Positions 53,338 to 64,000 of a stretch of 64,000 bases of DNA are shown here, piece after piece (positions within the stretch are counted from its first letter, which is position 1; every line of letters begins with the position of its first letter). Under the pieces are notes generated by a model, which worked only from the letters and a program-made list of their open reading frames with translations, was not told where the DNA came from and did not search any database. Source of the DNA: Carcharhinus longimanus (Eukaryota); contig JASCQW010000150.1 of assembly GCA_030264375.1 (NCBI GenBank), positions 22,315,187 to 22,379,186 on the forward strand. The letters are read 5' to 3'. Both the position numbers and the translations under genes were made by a program.

Positions 53338-53660
53338 TGAGGTGATGGTCTAGTGGTATTATTGCTAGACTACTAACCCAGAAACTCAGCTAATGTTCTG
53401 GGGACCTGGGTTCAAATCCTACCACGGCAGGTGGTGGAACTAAGAATCTACTAACGACCATGAAACCGTTGTTGATTGTCGGAAAAACTCATCTGGTTCG
53501 CTAATGTCCTTTAGGGAAGGAAATCTACAATCTTTACCTGGTCTAGTCTACATGAGTCCAGAGCCACAGCAATGTGGCTGACTCTCAACTGCGCTCAGGC
53601 AAATAGGGATGGGCAAGAAATGCTGACCAGCCTGCGATGCCCATGTCCCACAGATAAATT
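53338..53660 (+). mobile_element. tRNA-derived SINE
   Basis: A box tggtctagtgg, B box gggttcaaatcc, tail agggatgggcaagaaatgctg...gcccatgtccca. Confidence 0.8.
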
Positions 53661-54842
53661 TTTAAAAGTTCATTAAACGCTACTCACACAAGTATGGGTA
53701 TACATCTAGTTAACTAGCCACTCTGGCAGATTCAAGTTCTACATTATTAAAAAGGTAAACGCTTTTGGTGCAGATTTTAAAGAATGCCCCTTGTACCAAA
53801 CTAGAAAATTTGAGGTTAAGGAAGATAATTTGTGTGGCGACACAGGTAAACGTTAATTGGCCCATGTTCCATTTGACGCACAACTAACATCCAACTTGTC
53901 TTTCTGACCTTTAACAAATTTAAAATTAATAGTAATTATCACCCAAATAGAAATTTCTCCAATAATTGAATAACACATGATGATATCATTAGTTGTACCA
54001 ATAACCTTTTATCATCAAGTTTGAGGAGATTCAGTTCAGCAAATTAGAATTTTGTATCTTCAACCTGTGTGTTATCCTTCCACTTTGCTTTCATGCATCT
54101 CTTGGTAAAATGGCAATTACTCACCAATTATTCCAAAATTGCAAGGTATCTTTTGCAACACAGCATGCTGCTAAGTTTACAATCTTTAATAAATAATGGA
54201 TCTCCCACATGTTCCTTACAAATAAAAGCTTTTAAAAAGAACATACTCAGCAAGAAAGTGAAAGCACAAAATGACCCAGAGGAAGGGCCAAATGTCAAGA
54301 AGATATGTTGTCTACTCCCACTCAGAACAGTTAGGAAAACTTGTGTTTTGGTTTCTCTTCCCTTTGTTTTTGACCTATATAAGTAGGCACAGTGTGGAAG
54401 TGGGATTCTATTTCAGTCTGTAGAATGTATCAGTCCAAGGTAGGAAGAAGAAAAGGGAATAAAGACAAATTGCTTGAGCGACTATAAGATGTGTTGGACA
54501 GGTTTGTGGTTTCTTTTGATTTTTTTTTAAAAAAAGAGCTTATAGGAGGTTAGGTGGCAAATGGGCACCAAAGCGTCACAGTGCCCAAACGGCATGTAAA
54601 TGAGATTTGTTCAGTCACTAAACAGAAATTACATTAAGTATAATTATGGGTTTAAATCAGTTAAATTTGGTTGTACACTGGACTGAGTTTTGTGTACACT
54701 AGCGTCAAATGGAAAACACACGATCAGTACATCATTAACAGTACAATATTATCAATACATCATGTACATTTGGGGGAGACACTATTTTGACAGACTAAAC
54801 TACTAGGGTTTAAAATTCAAAACACAAAGATCATTTTCTTAC

Positions 54843-54987
54843 CTCTTCCTCACCAGTATTTGTGCCCCCAGCTATATTTTTGTCAGATTGCTTGTGAGAT
54901 GCTTGATTTTTAGAGATCTCAATAGCTTCTTGTTTAATAACAGTCTGCAACACTCCATTGTGATTAAAAGCCTTAGAAACAAGATTC
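54843..54987 (-). CDS. HMG20B: HMG20B coding exon (N-terminal region, NLVSKAFNHNGVLQTVIKQE...GEEE)
   Basis: Flanked by tatacag| and |gtaaga, 145 nt, enters phase 2 and exits phase 0. TVIKQE and the terminal EEE parallel human VTVKQE...HEEE, and it joins the next exon in frame. Confidence 0.88.
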
Positions 54988-55399
54988 CTGTATATAAAAA
55001 TATAAATGCACATTGTTTTAAAACCTAGTTCCATTTATGTATGCATATGAACATATCACATTGTCATGCAATCTGGGGACCTGGGTTCAAATCCTACCAC
55101 GGCAGGTGGTGGAACTAAGAATCTACTAATGGCCATGAAACCGTTGTTGATTGTCGGAAAACTCATCTGGTGCGCTAATGTCCTTAGGGAAGGAAATCTA
55201 CAATCTTCAGAAATTTACAATTTTCAGAAATCTAACTATGCTTGTTCTACACAAATTTTGGCAGCAATTAGTTTGTGAAAGCATGATTTGTAAAACTAGA
55301 ATCTGATTAAGGGTTACTTACATACATAAAGTATTCAGGTCAGTATAAAAGTCAATTTTCCCAACAAATAAAGGTACATGTAAAGACTTAATTTTTGGG

Positions 55400-56232
55400 C
55401 CAGTGGGCTGACAAATGGCAGATTAATGGCAGTTTAATTTAAACAAATGCAAGGTGATGCATTTTGGTAGATTGAACCAGGGTAGGACTTATTCAGTTAA
55501 TGGTAGGGCGTTGGGAGATTTGCGGAACAAAGAGATCATGTTCATAGCTCCTTGAAAGTGGAGTCACAGGTAGACACAGTGGTGAAGGTGGCATTCGGCA
55601 TGCTTGATTTCATCGGTCAGAACACTGAATATAGGAATTGGGACATCTTGTTGGAGTTGTACAAGACATTGGTAATGCCACACTTGGAATGTTGTGTGCA
55701 GCTCTGGTCACCCTATTATATAAAGGACGTTATTTAACTAGAAAGAGTGCTGAAAAGATTTACTAGGATGCTACCAGGACTTGATGGTTTGGGTTTAAGG
55801 AGAGGTTGGATAGACTGGGACTTTTTTCTCTGGAGCATAGGAGGTTCAGGAGTGATCTTACAGAAGTCTATAAAATAACAAGGGACACAGCTCAGCTAGA
55901 TAGTCAGCATCTTTTCCCAAAAGTAGGGGAGTCTAAAACTAGAGGGCATAGGTTTAAGGTGAGAGGGGAGAAATACAAAAGTATCCAGGAGGGCAATTTT
56001 TTCCACACGGAGGGTGGCGAGTGTCTGGAACAAGCAGCCAAAGATAGTTGTAGAGGCGGGTACGATTTTGTCTTTTAAAAATAGCATTTAGATCGTTACA
56101 TGGGTAAGATGGGTAAAGAGGGATATGGGCCAAATGCAGACAATTGGGATTAGCTTAGATGTTTAAAAAAAGGGTAGCATGGACACGTTGGGCCAAAGGA
56201 CCTGTTTCCATGCTATAAACCTCTGTGACACT
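55400..56232 (+). mobile_element. CR1 3' end
   Basis: LYKTLVMPHLECCVQLWSPYY and LGLFSLEHRRFRSDLTEVYKI...TRGHRFKV. Confidence 0.92.
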
Positions 56233-57039
56233 GTGTATGCAAAGTTTAGTCCTTCCCAATTGACCATCCTTAGAAAAGTACTCCCCATTCCACCAAATAA
56301 AATACTCAGGAGTAAACATTTGTCAAAAATATTTTAAAAATTACAAATTTGAGTAATGAATCAACTAAATAATATCCTCTTTTAAAGCAACTTCAATAAA
56401 ACTTTCATCAAAACTCCTTCCTTGACGCATTTCTGAAGCATTTAATATTAATCCCATATGCAAATACTCAAGTTGGAGATTTTGTAGGGAGAAAATGCAT
56501 TCTTTTAATGCAAAGTGATAGGATGCTACAATGTTCAGTGCTTGCATTCTAGAAATCTGCTAGAAACACAAGGCATAAAGTGACTGAAAACTATTTAGAA
56601 ATCACTTGAAGTGAACTTGGTTGTAAAATCAAAACATGAAAAATTCCCACTAACATTAGAAGGGAAACATTTATTTTAGATGATGGTGCCAAGGTCAGTC
56701 CAAAACCCAATATTCTATTCTGCCTTTGTGTTTCAAGTGTAAATAGGGCTATTCTTAAACTCCAGTTTTCAATGCAAATTCTAACCAAATCTGAAATTAT
56801 CTGCAATCTTCATGTGCAATTTGCAAATTAATTTTGTTTCCAGATCTTTCATATCAAACCATTTATATTCCTCAGCATCAGAAGGATTCTTTCACCAATG
56901 ATAAGTAATGATAATCTTCATAGTACTATACTTACAGCAACTCTATATTAATTCTTAGCAGTGACATCATCTACAAACAGTCAGTCAGTTTCCCCTAGTA
57001 TGTTGAAGGCACCCAGCTCTATTTTTTAAATCAAGCTGA

Positions 57040-60000
57040 CTCATTTGTCATGCTACTTGTCTGACGTCCAGAATTGGAGGAGCAGAAATTTCTTCAAAAT
57101 AAACATTGGAAAGACCAAAATTACCATCTTAGATCCCTGCCACATACTCTGGTGCTCTCCCTGGCTACTGTCCAAATCTCAAAGTAATTGTTCACAACTA
57201 TAGCATCCTATTTGACTCGGCATTACATTTACTGCTGAAATCCTCACCCATGTCTATGTGATTCAACTATTCCAGTGTTCTTCTTGGAAGCCTCTCATTT
57301 TCCATCGTCCGGAAACCTGGGCACACCAAAACTCTGGTGCCCAAATGCCAAAGACCCAATTGCTCATTAACCTACACTGGCTGTCTCAATTTTGACCTTT
57401 TCACATTCATTTTCAAATCCCTCTGCTGTTCTCCTTTTCTGTAACTTTTTTCAATTCTGGTGATTTCAGAAGACTGAAGGGAGTGTGACCTCTTGCTCAT
57501 CCTCAATTTTCCTTGATCCAACATCAGCAGCCAAGCCATCAGCTGCCTATGCCTTTGTGCCTGGAATTCCTTCCCTAAACCCTCTCTGCCTGTCTGACCT
57601 CCTTCAAAATCTACTTCTGATCAGCTTTTTGTTAGCAATCCCAACACGTAGTTAAATTTTGAATTTTGCTCAACAACGCTCCTGTGAAACATCTTGGGAT
57701 GTTTATTACATTACATACACCATATAAATCCATGTTGTCGTTGCTCAGTCCATCAATGCAACAGACACCAGTCCCAAACCATTACCTTTGTTGAGCAAAG
57801 CAGAGCCATTAGCCATATCACTTATGTTTCAGTTTGCATAGAAATAAATATAAAAGCAATCACAAAGCCTCTTTCACAAGCATCTGAATACTAATCCTAT
57901 TGTCAATAGGGAAAAATCCCATAATTTCCCAGTCTACTCAAAACAAGTTCATCTGCAACTGTAATAAACTCCAGTGGCACAAATTACATAAAATGCACTC
58001 CACCTGTTACTGGAAGCTAGAACAGATTCAAGTAACAACCAGTTGAGATCAGATGTACAACCTCCCTGGCTGAGGCACTTAGTTAGATGGCAACAGAATT
58101 ATTGGATTTCTAAACTATTTATAACTTGGAATTAAATACTAGAGTCATTTTCACTGATCGTTTGCTACTTCAGTGCTCTATTTAATCCGAAATTTATTGC
58201 CGAAACCATCACTGTCTCCCGATTTGACTCTTTCCTTTGCTCTCCGGATAGCCTCCTGTTTTCTGTAAATTTCAGCTAAAGTTCAGTTGCCCACTATAAG
58301 TTCTGCTTTCCCATCACCCTATACTTGACTTCCCAAGCCCACCACCTCAAAATATAAAACTCTCATCTGTGCGTTCAAATCCCTTCAAGGCATTGCCTTT
58401 CCCTACTTCTTACCTCCTTCAGCCATACACTAACCCCACTCTGAACTTGCTATTCTTCTAACTCTGGCCTTTGATGCAACCCTAATTCCATTCACTTCAC
58501 CATTGGGACACTTGCCTCGAGTCAACTGAGTGGAACTGTTCTACTAAATTTTTCTACTCTTTCCACTCTTCCTTTCACATCCTCCTTAAAACCAACATTT
58601 TCAATAAATCCTTTCCCAATATCACCACCTTTGACTCAGTAGCCATTTTGTAATTCTGTATTTGGAAGTTTTTAGGATAATTGTCCATATCAATAGCAAT
58701 ATAAATGCAAAACAAGTGGTTGACAAACATAACATAGAAGGTTTAAAAATTGTTACAAAGTATTTTTAAAAATATATTTACATCATTTTTTATTTAAACA
58801 ATTCAAAGAATAAAATTTGCATTTTATATAGTGCCTTTAACATAATAAAGCACCCTCAGTCTGATCAAACAATATCTGACAACAAGACACAAGAGATGTT
58901 AGAGCAGATTATAAAATCTTGATCAAAGAGTGAAATTCGAAAGGAACATTTTAAAAGGAGGAAAGAGAGACAGATTTAGAAAGAAAGCCACAGATTTTGG
59001 GTTTTGTCACATGAAGGCACAGCCACTATGAAGAAGGTTAAAATCAGGAATGCTCAAGAGTCAGAACAAGCCAAGCACAGGGATCTCTGGAAGTGGAAAA
59101 GCGGAAGGAGATCAGAGATGGGCAGGAGCGAGGTCCTGGAAGGATTTGAAAACAAACATGAGAATTTTAATATCGATGTATTGTTTAACCAAATGTAGAT
59201 TAGGGGACAAGTAAGTGGGGCTTGACGTGAATTAGGATATAGGTAACAGAATTTTGAATAATTTTAATTTTATGGAAAGTATTAGGGAAGTCAGCCAGCA
59301 GCACATTATAATAGTCAATTCTAAGGTAACAAAAGCATAATTGAGCATTTTGACAACAAATGAGCTGAAGCAAGGGTTGAGCATCAGGCAACATTACAAT
59401 GGTGGAAAAGTGCAAATTTCAGTGATGCTGTGGAGGACTTTCATCTTGGGGTCTAATAGTTTGGTTCAGTCTCAGACATTTATCAGGGACAGGGGTGAAA
59501 TCAGTCACAAGGAAAGAGAGTTGGGGATTGAAAACTATGGCTTCTGCCTTCTCATTGTTTAGTTGGAGAAAATTTCTGCTCATCTAGTACAGATGTTGGA
59601 AAACAAGTCTGACAAGTTTAGAGACAGTGGTGGGCTTAAGAGAAAAGAAGTGAGGTAGAGCTGGAGATTGAAACTGAGTGTTTTCAAATGATGCTATGGA
59701 GAGTTAGCACATATACGACAAAGAAGAGGGGACCAGGGATAGATCCTTGCGGAATCCTGGAAGGAAAGGGCAGGAATGGGAAGAGAAGCATTTGCTGTGA
59801 TCCTGGGGCTGCAACCAGATAGATAAAATGCAATCAGAGCTATTAGCCAATGCCATCCAGCCAACAATGATGGAGAGACAATGCAGCAGAATTTCATGGA
59901 CAACTATGTTAAAGACTGCAAACAGCGAAAGATGGGCAGGAAGGAAAGTTAACCTTTGTCATCATCAACTAGATGTCATGTGACTTTGGTACAAATTATT

Positions 60001-60240
60001 TTAGTATTATGGCAAGGTGGAAACCTGTTGGGAAGCACTGGGACTCCTGAGAAGGATAGGCATGAATTTGGAAGGTTGCCCTCAATGAATTGGGAGGAAA
60101 ATAAGGTGGGGTAATTTGCAAAGACAGAAATCAAAAATTGTCTTTATTTTTGAGGAGTGGTAATGATGACAGATCCGAAGGAGTACCTGAGGAGAGAAAA
60201 CGGTTAATAATATCAGTTGACTTAGGAGCAGGAAAAAGTT
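57040..60240. mobile_element. Cluster of degraded L2-like fragments (plus at ~57040-57740 and ~58140-58720; minus at ~58810-60240)
   Basis: ctggaattccttccctaaacc and cctgtgaaacatcttgggatgttt L2-type tails. Minus-strand gggatagatccttgcggaatcc corresponds to GxPQGSI. Confidence 0.55.
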
Positions 60241-60852
60241 GCATGGTTACGTGAATAATCTACTTACCCAGTCATAACTACAGATTCTTTATTATTTTGT
60301 GACATCATAATTAGAGAATCTATGAAAATTTAATAAATTTAAGTATTAAAAACAAGCCTTCAAACCAGTGTTCTAACAATCAATAAAAAATAATTAGGCA
60401 TTGACATTTCCCCATTTCAATTCTATTCCATATTCATACAAATGTAAATTGTTATCATGACATTTGCGTTAATTATCTGAAGTGCACATTAAAACTGGAG
60501 CTGGTGATCAATAAAACTGATCACATACAAGGTTTCTGAAGATTCGGAGACCAGCAGCAAAGAGCAAATTGGAATAGCTATATAGAAGACTGGATCAGCT
60601 CTATATAACACGGCAGCAAGCATAGATGATAAAAATAGTACTGGGTAAAAAGGAAAGGTAACTCAAACCAAAGTTAAATCGGAGTAGTGGGAAGTGCGGA
60701 ATAATAACTTTGTAAAATGAACACTGTATAAATATCACCATTAACTTAATTATTTTGACCTTGTGCCATTTACTTTCAGAAGTTAAATAATAAGAAATTT
60801 AATCTAGGAAACTGGGGGAAAGAAAAAGAGCAAGATGGTTGGCAATTGGGCA

Positions 60853-61016
60853 CTCCAAAGATGTGTGGGTTAGATTGATTGGCTATGATAAATTGCCCCT
60901 TAGTGTCAGGGAGATTACACAGGGCTACAGGTATATGGCCTGGGTAAGATTGCTGTTCATACAGGCTTGCTGGGTCTAATGGCTTCCTTCCGCACTGTAG
61001 GGATTCTATTATTCTA
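60853..61016 (+). mobile_element. 5'-truncated HE1-like SINE
   Basis: tccaaagatgtgtgggttag...cactgtagggattctattattcta. Confidence 0.75.
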
Positions 61017-63137
61017 GGTAGAGTTTAAAAGTTAAAACTAAATTAAGTCCTTATTTTAATTTAGGATACTATTAGAGCTAAAGTTGCCCCTGACATTCAA
61101 GTACCTTATTTACTAGTGTAATAAATGGCTTTTAGGCATCACTATGTGCAAGCTAAATGTTCAGATGATCAATCAGGCCAAATGAAATAACTCCCTGGAC
61201 CAGAGTTAGAAGCCTGCCGACTGTTGTCTGGTCAATTTTTGTGGTTAGAATCATTGATCTAAAAATCACAAGCAGACTAAAAAGAATACGCAGCAGTACT
61301 TGGAAGTTCCACTCAAATTAAACTAAACTGTGCTATCAATAACATGATCTGAAATAATAAATATTAAAACTTACCGAGATAACACAAACATTGAACGGGC
61401 AGAAATTAAACACTAGGTTTCACCAAATTGCACAATAATGGCAGTATTTAATAGTTACAATGAGGGGCTCATCCTCAAATTGGAGTGAGGACTGGAACTC
61501 CAGAAGGCCTCCTTTAATGAAGTCCTGCCACACAAATGTCAGTGAGGTTCTTAACTGGACAACAGCAGGCCTTCCCCAGGATCAAGGATCCTGGGGTAGA
61601 AGTTCTATTTGCCAAGAGCTATTAGCAAATCAGGAGCCAAGGAATATAAAACAAATGGCAGTGCTGCCAGGGATGTAATAAAATGCTGCCAGTGAGACCA
61701 CCACCCAAGACTAGTTTTGTCGTGGGATCTTTAGATCATAGGCAAGTGATGGTGGGAGGGGTGTCACAGAGTGATGACTGCAGGGGGCCATGGGGGAGGG
61801 GTGGGAAGGCAGCACCTGTTTCCTGCTGTCACATTACTTGATGAGGCACTGAGTGTCTTTGAACAAACAGGTTTGTTTGTCATGCTCCGCGCATGATGAG
61901 CCACACATCTGTCACTGGGCTAATCCCAGTGGTGGCAGGCTGAGGCACTTAACTGGATATTAATTGCCCACTTAAAGACCTTAATTGGCACCAGGGCACA
62001 GAGGCCTTAAAACGAGTGTTCCCGCCATAAACTTAAATGAGGAGACAGCGTCCCCACCTGTCATCTTCCCACCTATTATATGCCATTCAGCCGCCAAACT
62101 CAACAAGCACATTGCATTCCAGCTGAATGTTCTTAAGTCACTTCAAATCGATTAAAATAATAAATGTGCTATTAAATCTTCTAGTGTAAAATCACTAAAA
62201 TAATTTCCAAGACACAAACAATTTCAAATAAAATCAAAATTCAGAATCATCACAAAATTATGTAACAAAGAAATTTGTTTGGCTACAAAGTCTGTGCCTG
62301 TTCTTTGAAAGAGCCATCTTTTAGTCTTACCTTTTCCCCCACGTATTTATTGAATTACCTTTTGGAAGTTACCAATGAATCAGATATTTTTGTAGGCAAA
62401 AAAAAAAATCAAGGTTGCAAAAACTCCCTAGCCTCAATTGATGATTTAGTGCAATAAGTGTCTTTCTACAATAGTGGCCCTCTCCGCAACACAACTGGCA
62501 AATACTGCTCTCACCTATGCCTGTTACCTTTAGAACTGACTATTGCATTACTCTCCTGGTCAGCCTCCCATTTTTTATCCTCCATAAACTTCATTTAAAA
62601 CTCTGTTGCCCATATCCCAAACTGCATCTAAACCATTGCCCTCATGCTCCTCAATGGCTCAACCTGGCCACACCTCAATTTAAAAATTCTATCCACCTTT
62701 TCAAATACTTTCACAGCTTTATACCTTCCCCCATCTCCCTACCTTTCTCCAGCCTTATAACTCTCCACGAGGCCTCCACATTTCTCTTCCAATTCTGGCC
62801 ATTTCAGTATTACAATTTAAACAAAAAAAAATCACTCCAACAACCATCACCTGCCAATGCCCTAAACTCTGGAATTTGCTTCCTAAACCGCTCTGTCTCT
62901 GCTTCACTTTTCCTTCTTTGAGACACTTAACTGTTTGAACAAGCTTAATGCTCCCTGCCCTAATAGTGCCTTACATGGCTCAGTGTAATGACAAACATTA
63001 TTCAATCATCGGCAAAATATTGCAGATGCTGGAATCTGATACAAAACCAAAAAAATGCTGGACAAACTCTGCACCTGTGGTGAGAGAATAGAACCTGCAT
63101 TTTGAGTCTGGATGATCCTTGGTTAGAGCTGGGATGA

Positions 63138-63477
63138 AGGCAGGCACAGCAGTTAGTTAGCACTGCTGCTTCACAGCACCAGGGACCCAGGTTCCATTCC
63201 CAGCTTGGATCGCTGTTTGTGTGGAGTCTACGCATTCCTCCCACCCACCGTGCCAGTGTGNNNNNNNNNNNNNNNNNNNNNNNNNNNNNNNNNNCCTGAT
63301 GGTCCAGTTTCTTCCCACGCAGTCTGAAAGATGTGCTGGTTAGGCACACTGGGCCATGCTAAATTCACCCTCAGTGTACCCAAACGGGCACCGGAATGTA
63401 GCAACTAGGGGATTTTCATAATAACATCATTGCAGTGTTAATGTAAGCCTGCTGGTGACACTAATGAATAGACTTGA
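63138..63477 (+). mobile_element. tRNA-derived SINE with a different tail from the HE1-like copies
   Basis: gttagcactgctgcttcacagcaccagggacccaggttccattccc head. Tail ttgcagtgttaatgtaagcct..gtgacactaat also appears reversed at ~14420-14485. Confidence 0.8.
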
Positions 63478-63589
63478 AAACACCACAGAAGTGTAGTTGT
63501 AGTGAAAACACTACAGAGATGTAATAAATTTAAAAATGTGAAAAATGTAAGTTGTTGTTGTATTCTGCCATTGAACTCTAATTGTTCCT

Positions 63590-64000
63590 CAGCTCTGCTC
63601 ACTCTGCTCTGCTGTGCGCATGCGCACTCAAATAGCCCTGCCACTCACCGGCTTAGCCGTTAATTGTTTTTCCTCGGCACCGATTCCTAAGCTGCAGCTC
63701 AGACCCGCAATTTTTAACCCTTAATTTTTTTTTTAATTTCGGAAACGAAAAATCTGAAATAAATCGGACATCTCCCCAATTTGCCCATCTTCTCCTCCCA
63801 CAACATTAATAATCACTCGCACCTCGACAGTTAAAAGGCCAAAGACTTGTGAGAGATAAATATTATTTAAAATACCTTATCTTTTCCTTCCAACTGATCA
63901 ATTTGTTCGCCCGTTAAGCGGAAATTGAGGATTTGTATTTTTTCTCTCTCTCGCTCCTTTCTTTCAATAGCGCCCAATAGCTATACCCAGCCCTCGACAG
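63590..64000 (-). promoter_or_regulatory. HMG20B: CpG-enriched 5' region of HMG20B: candidate non-coding exon (donor CCG|gtgagt, last base 63649) and NRF1 site
   Basis: Rise in CpG density, a perfect NRF1 palindrome TGCGCATGCGCA at 63615-63626, an ETS-like GCGGAAA near 63918 and a consensus donor site. Confidence 0.6.

Noticed and set aside
39588-54987. Assignment to HMG20A instead of HMG20B
   Set aside because: [25 protein letters not shown] and [10 protein letters not shown] match recalled HMG20B, and the N-terminal region found is short.

Overview
AT-rich, repeat-dense vertebrate genomic DNA with many scaffold N-gaps. The repeat types (HE1-like tRNA SINEs, DeuSINE-like elements, CR1, L2, RTE and Penelope-like relics) point to a shark or other elasmobranch. 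The only protein-coding gene I can reconstruct is HMG20B/BRAF35 on the minus strand (~63.6 kb to ~35.6 kb). Seven internal coding exons were read with canonical, phase-compatible splice sites; one of them is partly lost in an N-gap. The start exon and terminal exon are only candidates. A second CpG-island promoter at ~10.3-10.56 kb (YY1/TISU, CRE) appears to fire leftwards into an unidentified gene and abuts a ~1 kb array of 10-bp GATC-core repeats. A CpG-enriched, largely repeat-poor interval at ~15.9-20.8 kb looks regulatory. I found no convincing novel multi-gene system. The most notable oddities are the GATC array, a direct-inverted-direct triplication, Penelope-type hairpins with decayed hammerhead cores and a locally duplicated SINE segment. 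Repeat boundaries are approximate, and family names and human comparisons come from recalled sequences, not a search.
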